This document shows, one piece after another, positions 19,908-28,028 of a stretch of 64,000 nt of DNA. The number at the start of each line of letters is the position of its first letter. The stretch's first letter is position 1. Position numbers and translations under genes: made by a program. The notes beneath the pieces were generated by a model. That model had not been told where the DNA came from, made no database searches, and worked only from the letters and a program-made list of their open reading frames with translations. This DNA comes from Candidatus Melainabacteria bacterium (GTDB lineage Bacteria > Cyanobacteriota > Vampirovibrionia > 2-02-FULL-35-15): positions 69,184-133,183 of the forward strand of contig JACQBQ010000010.1 in NCBI GenBank assembly GCA_016201905.1, written 5' to 3'.

Positions 19908-20873
19908 TTATTCAATACTTACAAGCCCATTCTCTTCCATCTCTTTAAGAAGATATAACAAATCTTTTTCACATTGCTCAGTTTCTATATCAAATTCTTT
20001 TAAAAGCACATTTTTAACTTCACTGACAGTAAATGGCTTGTCAATGACTTGCAATACTCTTTCTCCAACAGCATTCAAGGCAAAACAGCTAGTACTAAAT
20101 GGATTAAACACATGAAGTCGTTCATTAAAATATTTGGAAAATAAATTCCTGTTCTTTTTTACAGAGGCAGATAACTGTACTTGTGGCAATTTTTCGTAGC
20201 TATTGTCATTTGTGCGATTTTTGGCAACTGGCTTGAACACTGGTTTATAAAAAGGTTCCGAAAAAAACCAGCCTGCATAAGCAGTTCTATGAGCTTTTCC
20301 TTTTACTTCAGTTACTCTATGATCCAGGTAATTTGAAATCCTAAATATTACTGCATCTCCAAAGCCAGTATTCTTGACTTCCTGAATAATTTTGTCCGTA
20401 GTAAAATCCTTAATTTGCAGGCTTCCACCTTCGTACACTTCAGTACTTAGATTCACACTCATTGCAATCATCCTATTGTCCACATTGTCATCATGCCATG
20501 CATCAAGGGTGTCAGCATCCGGGCTTAATCGGTATATTCTCCCGCTAAAGCAGCCTATTTTCTTTGAAGAAGTGATTTTTTCAATAAGCTCAAAAAACTT
20601 TGGATCATTTGTCAAGAATTCCAAGAGTCCTATTGCCTGTTTATCCTTAAGTCTAAGTTCTTTTGAATCAAGACCTATCTTTTTCTTATAACTTTTTGAG
20701 TAAAAGTCTCCAATTTTTATTTTCTCTTGAATTAATCCTAGAATTTCTTCATCAAGTAATTTTGGTAGCTTAACCCAGTGATTTTCACTAAAGTGCTTGA
20801 GCAAATCATCTATGTCTTTTTCTGTATAAGAACATTTTATTCCTTCTCTTTTTAATTGAATTATTGACTGCAT
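19908..20873 (-). CDS. 2OG/Fe(II) oxygenase-RRE fusion (paralog 3)
   Basis: AWHDDNVDNRM, GGSLQI, FGDAVIFRISNYLDHRVTEV and GKAHRTAYAGWF, with a C-terminal PqqD-like segment. Confidence 0.6.
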   Translation of the reverse strand: MQSIIQLKREGIKCSYTEKDIDDLLKHFSENHWVKLPKLLDEEILGLIQEKIKIGDFYSKSYKKKIGLDSKELRLKDKQAIGLLEFLTNDPKFFELIEKITSSKKIGCFSGRIYRLSPDADTLDAWHDDNVDNRMIAMSVNLSTEVYEGGSLQIKDFTTDKIIQEVKNTGFGDAVIFRISNYLDHRVTEVKGKAHRTAYAGWFFSEPFYKPVFKPVAKNRTNDNSYEKLPQVQLSASVKKNRNLFSKYFNERLHVFNPFSTSCFALNAVGERVLQVIDKPFTVSEVKNVLLKEFDIETEQCEKDLLYLLKEMEENGLVSIE

Positions 20874-20888
20874 ATATTTTTGATTTTT

Positions 20889-21824
20889 TTAGTTTTTAAT
20901 TGTAAGTAATTTATTTACCTCCATTTCATTGAACAATGAAATTAAATCCTTTTCAAATATTTCTTCACCAATATCATATTCACTAGTAACTATTTTTTTT
21001 ATCTCGCTAAACATTATTGGTTTTTTAACTATTTCCCAGAGCCTTGTTCCCAGGTTCTCAAGACCAAATCCTGTTTCTTCAACTGGATTAAATATAAAGA
21101 GTTTGTTCTCAATATATTCTTCCATTAACCCTTTCTCTAACATTATGATTGAACCACTTTTAATCTTTGATTTTTTATTATTAACTAATAAGGTTTGATT
21201 ATTATCAAAGGATTTTAAGTCGATATGTGAACTAAGCCAACCTGCAAGTGCAATCTTTGGGATATTTCCTTCGACTTTAGTTAGCATATGTTGATAGTCA
21301 GTTGAAATAGAAAATATAATAGCATCTCCGGGTACTGTATTTTTTATCTCTTGAATTATTTTTTTTGTTTTTTTATCTCTAATTAGCAGTACTCCACCAG
21401 AATATATATCAGAACTCAGATTTATGCTTATGGTAAGTACACGATGCCATACAACATCAGAATGCCACATGTCATAGTGATCTTCACCAGGAATCATTTT
21501 GTAAACTCTTCCGCTAAAATACCTGATTTTTTTTAATCCTGTTATTTGTTCAATTGCTTTTAAAAATTTTTCATCATTAACTATTTCATGAAGTATCTGG
21601 TTCATTTCAGGATCTTTCATGACTAAATCTTTGCCAGCATCCTTGTGATCAAGTGTTATAAAATCAGCTTTATTAATTCTTTCTTGAATATCCTTTAAAA
21701 GGTCAGAAACTATAAGATTTGAAAGTTTAATATGTAAGTTTTTTTTAAATTCTTCTTGAAGTTTCTGAAGTTGAGTAGAACCTTCTGAGACATCGGTACC
21801 ATTTTTTGTAATTTGAATTTTCAT
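20889..21824 (-). CDS. 2OG/Fe(II) oxygenase-RRE fusion (paralog 4, most divergent)
   Basis: MWHSDVVWHRV, GGVLLI, PGDAIIFSISTDYQHMLTKV and a PqqD-like C-terminus. Lys replaces the downstream Arg. Confidence 0.55.
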   Translation of the reverse strand: MKIQITKNGTDVSEGSTQLQKLQEEFKKNLHIKLSNLIVSDLLKDIQERINKADFITLDHKDAGKDLVMKDPEMNQILHEIVNDEKFLKAIEQITGLKKIRYFSGRVYKMIPGEDHYDMWHSDVVWHRVLTISINLSSDIYSGGVLLIRDKKTKKIIQEIKNTVPGDAIIFSISTDYQHMLTKVEGNIPKIALAGWLSSHIDLKSFDNNQTLLVNNKKSKIKSGSIIMLEKGLMEEYIENKLFIFNPVEETGFGLENLGTRLWEIVKKPIMFSEIKKIVTSEYDIGEEIFEKDLISLFNEMEVNKLLTIKN

Positions 21825-22798
21825 AAGACTAAAGCAGCTTTTTTAATTGTTATTAGTTTGTTTTCTTGAAATTCATTAAGAATCGCAAATAAATCTTTTT
21901 TACAACTTTCTCTACTTATCTCGTATGTATTTATGAAGTGATTTTCAATATCTCTAAATGCTTGTGGTTTTTCAAGAAGATTTAATATATCAGCTCCAAC
22001 TTGATTTGTACTGTAACATGCATCATGTTCAAGATTCAAAACCATTGTTTCATTTTCAAAAGCTCTTGCAAAAGTGCTGTCATTTAAAGTAAGTATTGAG
22101 TTGTTATCAACAGAAAAAGTTGATTTTTTTTTCTCTTTACTTTTTTGTTCTATGTTACTTTCAAACTCTGGCTTAAAAGCAGGTTCTGATCGGAACCAGC
22201 CAGGAAAAGCAGTTTTAGCAACAGTTCCTGTTACTTCTGTAACCATATGCTCAAGATTCGGAGCAATTCTAAAAATTACACAGTCACCATATCCAATATT
22301 TGCTATTTCGTGTAATATCTCTTTCGTATTTCTATTTCTTATTTTAAGTATTCCACCGGAATAAATTCCCTTACTCAAGTTTATGCTTATGGATGCAAGT
22401 TGATTTTCACTGATATCCTGATGCCAATTATCATAATGACCTAAATTAGGAACAAGGCTATAAACACCACCGCTAAAGATTCGAATCTTTTCACAACCTG
22501 TTATTTGCTCTACCAGCTCAAATAAAAACGGATCGTTCATTAAAAACTCAAGGAGTGTGTTTACTGTTTCATCATTTAAACGATAATCAACTGCATCTGA
22601 CTCTGCAAGTTTATACTTATCTTCATAGAAACCCACATCATCCATTTTTTCCTGAACAAGCTCTAAAAGTTTGGGCTCTAAAAACTGTGGAAGCACTATA
22701 CAGTGTTGCCTATCGTAGAGTTTTTGCAAAGAAAATAAGTCTTCTTTAGTACCCAAAAACTTTGTACTAGTTTTCGTTGCTTGAATTATTGGTTTCAT
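21821..22798 (-). CDS. 2OG/Fe(II) oxygenase-RRE fusion (paralog 5)
   Basis: NWHQDISENQL, GGILKI, YGDCVIFRIAPNLEHMVTEV and GTVAKTAFPGWF, with a C-terminal PqqD-like segment. Confidence 0.6.
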   Translation of the reverse strand: MKPIIQATKTSTKFLGTKEDLFSLQKLYDRQHCIVLPQFLEPKLLELVQEKMDDVGFYEDKYKLAESDAVDYRLNDETVNTLLEFLMNDPFLFELVEQITGCEKIRIFSGGVYSLVPNLGHYDNWHQDISENQLASISINLSKGIYSGGILKIRNRNTKEILHEIANIGYGDCVIFRIAPNLEHMVTEVTGTVAKTAFPGWFRSEPAFKPEFESNIEQKSKEKKKSTFSVDNNSILTLNDSTFARAFENETMVLNLEHDACYSTNQVGADILNLLEKPQAFRDIENHFINTYEISRESCKKDLFAILNEFQENKLITIKKAALVL

Positions 22799-24315
22799 TG
22801 TTTTATCCTATCCAGACTTTCTAGAAGTTCTGAAAAAATATTTATTACTTCCTCAGGAAAAACCTTAACTGATTCTAGTAATTCACTCAATGCTTGCTTA
22901 ACTTTTTTTTCTTTTAAATAAAGCAGTGCTAGGTGAATATAAATCATAGTACTGTAGTGTCCGCCTGCAATACCTATTTTATAGCTACTGATTGCTTTTG
23001 TAGTAAGATTTTTCTTTGCATAAAGTTTGGCAAGTTTTACATGCACTTCAAAATAATCAGGATCGGTTAAAAAATTTTCCTTGGCTCTGCTTAATATAAA
23101 GGCATTTAAGGATCTGTACCCTTTAAGAGATAATTTTAGTGACTTTTCAAATAAATTTATTGCTTCATTAGTCTTATTTTGCTTTTTTTGTATATCTCCA
23201 AGAGCATGATAAGCATCTGGAAGGTTTTCATTTAATCTTATGGAATTGCAAATAAAGTCCTCTGCCTCTTTCCAGTTTTTCTTTTTCATTGCAATTAGTC
23301 CTAAGATTAAATGTGCATTAGCGTCTTCAGGATCTAGTGAAAGAACTTTATTTACTTCGATTTCTGCCTTGCGGAAAAGCTTATCTTCAAAATATACATA
23401 TGCCAGATTATTGTAAGCAGTCCTATATGAAGGATCTATATTTAGTGCCTGCTTATAATAACTTTGGCTTTCTTGTACTTTGTTCATATTTTGGTTTAAA
23501 AGCGCAAGGTGGAAGCAAGGGACTGGAGAGGCAGGCATAAGATCTTTAGCTTCAATATATTTTGCCTCAGCTAAAAGAAACTTATCATCGTTTGCCAATA
23601 TAGATGCTTCTTTTACCATTTCCATCATTCTTAAGGATGAGCTGTTGCCATTTTTTATTCTAAGAGCAAGTTCATCTCCAAGATATTTCCATTTCAATGG
23701 CGTATATCCACCTTCTACAGAATATGCAATAGTAATAATATCTGAATGTATTTTTTTTAGATTTATCCTATTTAAAAGTTCATTGGGCCAACACCAGGGA
23801 ATCTCAGAATGTTTATCAGTCTTGCCATACGACACGTGTGGAATAATCATATAGTCAACATCAATGTCCAGTAAAACATCTTCAGTAATCTCTGGTATAG
23901 AATCCAAAGTGCATATCCTGAGAGGTTTATTGAGAACAAAAGCAGAAATTTCATCTTTATCTATTTTTATTTTTTTAGAACTTTCAGGATAGCGTCTGAT
24001 TATTCTTTTCAAGTGTTGTAATATAGCTTTCTTATTTTTTTGTGATTCCATGCTCTCATCCGGTACAATCCAAAAGACTTCTTTTAAAATATCTTCTTCA
24101 AGCGCTCTGCATATAAAATTGGCAATTGTAATTTGAGAACCTTTTTTTATAAACCACATATCGTGATGCGCATCGATATGAACCAATCTTCTATTTTTTA
24201 CTCCGGATTCTTTCCACACATAGTATGAACGATCATGATTTTCCATGATATGAACACTAGCACTACGCTGGTTTGCATATTCTGATTTTATTTCTTTTTT
24301 GGAAGCAGTACTCAA
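22795..24315 (-). CDS. Two-domain protein: N-terminal ureohydrolase (arginase/deacetylase)-fold-like domain and C-terminal TPR repeats
   Basis: H27, D48-A-H50-H-D52 (a DAHxD-like motif) and D150-I-D152-V-D154, with arginase-like spacing (about 21 and about 102 residues). The C-terminal ~280 aa are TPR-like (..AYNNLAYVYFEDKLFRKAE..). TTG start with an AAGGAG RBS. Confidence 0.45.
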   Translation of the reverse strand: MSTASKKEIKSEYANQRSASVHIMENHDRSYYVWKESGVKNRRLVHIDAHHDMWFIKKGSQITIANFICRALEEDILKEVFWIVPDESMESQKNKKAILQHLKRIIRRYPESSKKIKIDKDEISAFVLNKPLRICTLDSIPEITEDVLLDIDVDYMIIPHVSYGKTDKHSEIPWCWPNELLNRINLKKIHSDIITIAYSVEGGYTPLKWKYLGDELALRIKNGNSSSLRMMEMVKEASILANDDKFLLAEAKYIEAKDLMPASPVPCFHLALLNQNMNKVQESQSYYKQALNIDPSYRTAYNNLAYVYFEDKLFRKAEIEVNKVLSLDPEDANAHLILGLIAMKKKNWKEAEDFICNSIRLNENLPDAYHALGDIQKKQNKTNEAINLFEKSLKLSLKGYRSLNAFILSRAKENFLTDPDYFEVHVKLAKLYAKKNLTTKAISSYKIGIAGGHYSTMIYIHLALLYLKEKKVKQALSELLESVKVFPEEVINIFSELLESLDRIKQ

Positions 24316-24362
24316 GCTATTAACTTAACTCCTTTCCAATCAAATGAAAAGATTTAATTAAT

Positions 24363-24653
24363 TTAGGCATTTTTCACTTCGACTAAGCCTGATTCTTCTA
24401 AATTTTTTACAAGTTCTATTAAATCGCATTCAAGTTGCCTGGCATCTACATCATACAATTCAAGTATGTAACTTTTTACTTCTTTTAATTTCTTAGGTGT
24501 TTGAATTATATTCCATACTTCTGTACCAAGATTATCCAAGCCATAATAAACGCCATCTTTATGATTTAATATAACTGACTCTCCAGATAAATCACAAGAG
24601 AGCTGATTACTGGAAACAGTTAAAATTGAATCTTCAGAAATTATGTTTTGCAT
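24363..24653 (-). CDS. Standalone PqqD-family protein (RiPP recognition element; lasso B1-like)
   Basis: 96 aa: ..ILNHKDGVYYGLDNLGTEVWNIIQTPKKLKEVKSYILELYDVDARQLECDLIELVKNLEESGLV. Confidence 0.7.
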   Translation of the reverse strand: MQNIISEDSILTVSSNQLSCDLSGESVILNHKDGVYYGLDNLGTEVWNIIQTPKKLKEVKSYILELYDVDARQLECDLIELVKNLEESGLVEVKNA

Positions 24654-24733
24654 AAGTCTATATTTTAAACTATTTTTTTACACGACACTTAGTAATGACA
24701 TGTAAAAGCAAAATACTATGGACTTCTTAAAAT

Positions 24734-26170
24734 CTACTCAATCAATCTTTCATTAAGCAGGTAAGAGGCTATACATTTAGATAGTGCTTCATAGCCATAT
24801 CTATTAAAATGCCCCCAATCAAGTGGTCCATGTACTAGTTTTTTACTTGCAGCAAGTTTTATAGATGGGCGAGTATCTAGAAATTTCACCGCTAAGCTAT
24901 TAGATATTTGACTAATATGATTTGCTATTAAGTTACTCCTAGCTGTTACATAATATGGAGTATAAACACTTCCTTCTTTAATGGAAAAATTGCTATAAGA
25001 ACCATATTTTATATTAGTTTTTAAAGAGTAAGAAGAAAAAAGAGATGGTATGTAAACCACTATAATTTTCGAATTTGGGAAGTGGTTTACTAAAAAGTTC
25101 AGACTATATTTCAATATTTTAAACGATGTTTCTAATTCATTTTTAGTTAAGCCCCGACCAGCTAAATCATCCACATTAAGACTAATCGCATATTTTACAT
25201 CATCACTTAATTTATTAACTTTTTCACTATTTATAAAAGTACAGTCTGGTAGTGAGAAAATCTTACCATTTACCTCCACTACGTTATGAGATAAGCTGTT
25301 TTCACATTTTGGAATTTTAAATTCCTCTGTTATTTCTTTTTTCATTATGTTTGAGAGATTAAATCTAAACAAATTAATAAAAAAACTGGTTGCTATAAAA
25401 TTATTGTTTGTAATAGATTTTTCATATTTAATTTTTTCAAGAAGGGAACGACTAAAAGCCAGACTGTCTGCAGTTATATTAACCCTTTCCTTATTGACTA
25501 AATTATCCTCTAAATCATTCCCTTCAAAAAAATAAAAAAGTATTACTTCTGGAGCTTCTATATGAAACCTTGATCTCAGCATTTCTATACTATAAACAAT
25601 ATTTTTTACAGCAGTAGGGCTTCCAGCACCACCAACCCCAAAAGAAATAACATCTTTTTTCAAGAGGTCATGCAAAACATGTGCTGAGTAATATTTTGGA
25701 TTTTTATTTTTATCCACTTCAAAGAACCAATCACCCTCACCATCTGCATAAGAGTCGCCAATGATGGCTATATATTCTTTAGGAATTAAATGTTTCTTTG
25801 AGGATTGGCATAATATACTGGAAGGATGCATAAGATGATCCTGCAATTTAAGTGAAAAGAATGGTAATGATAATGGAAATAAAAGTTCAAGAATGAATAC
25901 AGCTAGTAAAAGGGAAGAGACACCTAACCCAACTCTTACAGAAAATTCATAAAAGAATTTTCTTTTCTTATTTAGAACAATATTCAATCCACAAATAAGA
26001 ACCATTAGGTCAAATGAGTAAATTATTAGTTTTGTAAAAACAGATTTTATTTTTCCATCTTCATACAACAAGCTATTTATAGTAGATTCATTTAATAAGA
26101 AGGAAACAATGATTAGCATCAATCCTATTAGAAGCTCGATTTTTCTTTGATTTTTCTTTATTAATTCCAT
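24734..26170 (-). CDS. Membrane-anchored SGNH/GDSL-like hydrolase
   Basis: 478 aa with about 3 N-terminal TM helices, a block I motif IAIIGDSYADGEG and a block III motif FFEGNDL. Confidence 0.45.
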   Translation of the reverse strand: MELIKKNQRKIELLIGLMLIIVSFLLNESTINSLLYEDGKIKSVFTKLIIYSFDLMVLICGLNIVLNKKRKFFYEFSVRVGLGVSSLLLAVFILELLFPLSLPFFSLKLQDHLMHPSSILCQSSKKHLIPKEYIAIIGDSYADGEGDWFFEVDKNKNPKYYSAHVLHDLLKKDVISFGVGGAGSPTAVKNIVYSIEMLRSRFHIEAPEVILFYFFEGNDLEDNLVNKERVNITADSLAFSRSLLEKIKYEKSITNNNFIATSFFINLFRFNLSNIMKKEITEEFKIPKCENSLSHNVVEVNGKIFSLPDCTFINSEKVNKLSDDVKYAISLNVDDLAGRGLTKNELETSFKILKYSLNFLVNHFPNSKIIVVYIPSLFSSYSLKTNIKYGSYSNFSIKEGSVYTPYYVTARSNLIANHISQISNSLAVKFLDTRPSIKLAASKKLVHGPLDWGHFNRYGYEALSKCIASYLLNERLIE

Positions 26171-26360
26171 TAAAAGTTATTTCTTATAGCTTTCTTTTGT
26201 TATTAAAGTTCTCGTACTACCAGCTGTCTTTTTTTTATCAATGCAGCAAGCAATAGTTAAAAGTAAAATTAGTAAAACAAATAAAATAAAAACATTTAAG
26301 ACACTTATTCCAAGGCACTTATAAAAATTTAAAGTTGATTGAAATAAATCCATAAGCTAA

Positions 26361-28028
26361 TTATAGTTTGTAAAAAAAGTAAGGAGTATCTTCTATGTGT
26401 TTCCAGCCAAATCTGGAGGAATAACCAGGTGCTCTTCCAGCAATTAAAATCTTTGCACCTGCATTTTTAAATACATTTAAAACACTTGTCTTCAAAGTAT
26501 TATCAGCTATCCAAAAATTACTAATATCTTCATCAGAGGGTATCTCAGCTATAATATGTAACTTTGCTAATCGTGCCCAGTAATAATCATCATAAATCCC
26601 TATAACACCAACTTTTTCACCTTCTTTAATGCCTGCTTTTTGTAACCCTTTAGCTACACGTAAATTTACTTTTAATTCCTGAGCTAACGGACGATTTTCA
26701 AGTAAATCTTTTGAAAGGATACCCCCCAGAACCATAGAAAACATTGAAACCAATACTAAAGATTTTTTTACTGACTGCACTTCTTCTACCAGTGGTAATT
26801 TTAAAGCAGAAAATAAACCAAGCAAAAAAATCACCACATAAGCACCAAGATACCTAAACTCTACATGTACTAAAGAATACATAAGCATCACAAATATAGG
26901 GACTGTAAGCATTACCCAGTTTTCAAGCAAATCTTTAATTACTTTCAATTTTCTTCCACTTAAAACCAAAAGAGCCAGATAAGAAGTAAGCAAAACAATT
27001 TGCATTAAAAAAAACAGATAAAAATATTCTCTTAAATTAATTAATATTGCTTTTATTTGTCCAATTAAATCAAAATAAGGTTTACTCCCCTGACACCAAT
27101 AGGAAGTATCATATACAAGCGGATAAGTCACATTAAAAGGAGTAGAATATTCGAAAACTGTAGGATCATTAAATAGAACTCTAAGCGGATGAGTAAGGTT
27201 ACTACAGCCCGGAAAACCATTTTCAAAACATTCACATACATTCCTATCAGCGTACCAGTGATAGTTTAATTTTCCTGTTTCACCATAAGTAAAATATCCT
27301 CTTGATTTAGATAGAGAAAAAACAAATGGACCTGCTATCAGCAAAAAACAAGCTAAAGCCACTACAGATTTTAAAAACTTATATTTTTTGTCTGGTACTG
27401 CAAAAAAACTTAAAATAATAAAAACAAATGCAATAGGAAACATAGCTTCTTTTGTAAGGTAACCCAGTCCAAGGACTAATCCAAGGAGTACAAAATTAAC
27501 CCAGTTTTTCAATCCTACTTTTATTTTAAGTAATAGTCCACTGGCTAAATACACAAACCCAGATAGAAGCATATCTGGAGTTACTCCTGATATGGTTATT
27601 AAGTTTGTTGAAGACCAGATAAAAAGACTATACCCAAGACACATCCACATCCAGACTTCTTCCTCTTGTTTATCTTCAATAAATCTTCGGAAAAAGAATT
27701 CAAAACAAAATAAAGCAAAAGCATAAGTAAAAAAGTTTACTATATGGACAACTATAATTTCTGAATACAAACCAGGCTTCAGAAGAAAAAGAAAAAAACC
27801 CTGGATAATAGCATAAATAGGATTCCAGACCCCGTTAACAAGTGCCCCAAAATCACCACGAAAAACTGCATCCCCAATATCCAGAAATGGTATGCTGTCA
27901 GATTCAATAAAATATCTTAAAAGCCAGGTATGAATAAGTCCAATAAAAATAGCTAAGAATAAAAAAAATGCTCTAATTTGTTTAATTGAAAACTTATAAA
28001 ACATAATAGTAATAAGGTGTATCATCAA
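26361..28028 (-). CDS. Polytopic membrane protein, GT-C-fold glycosyltransferase-like (PMT/ArnT-like), paralog 1 of 8
   Basis: 555 aa with about 11-13 TM helices, a first-loop motif IPFLDIGDAVF and a conserved ~130-aa C-terminal soluble domain (..YWARLAKLHIIAEIP..). Confidence 0.45.
   Translation of the reverse strand: MMIHLITIMFYKFSIKQIRAFFLFLAIFIGLIHTWLLRYFIESDSIPFLDIGDAVFRGDFGALVNGVWNPIYAIIQGFFLFLLKPGLYSEIIVVHIVNFFTYAFALFCFEFFFRRFIEDKQEEEVWMWMCLGYSLFIWSSTNLITISGVTPDMLLSGFVYLASGLLLKIKVGLKNWVNFVLLGLVLGLGYLTKEAMFPIAFVFIILSFFAVPDKKYKFLKSVVALACFLLIAGPFVFSLSKSRGYFTYGETGKLNYHWYADRNVCECFENGFPGCSNLTHPLRVLFNDPTVFEYSTPFNVTYPLVYDTSYWCQGSKPYFDLIGQIKAILINLREYFYLFFLMQIVLLTSYLALLVLSGRKLKVIKDLLENWVMLTVPIFVMLMYSLVHVEFRYLGAYVVIFLLGLFSALKLPLVEEVQSVKKSLVLVSMFSMVLGGILSKDLLENRPLAQELKVNLRVAKGLQKAGIKEGEKVGVIGIYDDYYWARLAKLHIIAEIPSDEDISNFWIADNTLKTSVLNVFKNAGAKILIAGRAPGYSSRFGWKHIEDTPYFFYKL

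Noticed and set aside
11399-24653. Search for a lasso B2 (transglutaminase-like Cys protease) gene
   Set aside because: No ORF in or beside the cluster shows a Cys-His-Asp transglutaminase-core pattern. The 506-aa TPR protein has a His/Asp metal-site pattern instead. B2 appears absent from this window.
26177-26353. 58-aa minus-strand small ORF (MDLFQSTLNFYKCLGISVLNVFILFVLLILLLTIACCIDKKK...) considered as a second RiPP precursor
   Set aside because: It is hydrophobic and TM/signal-like, with no YxxPxL leader motif and no convincing RBS. At most it is a small membrane or lipoprotein-like peptide, and it is not reported as a precursor.
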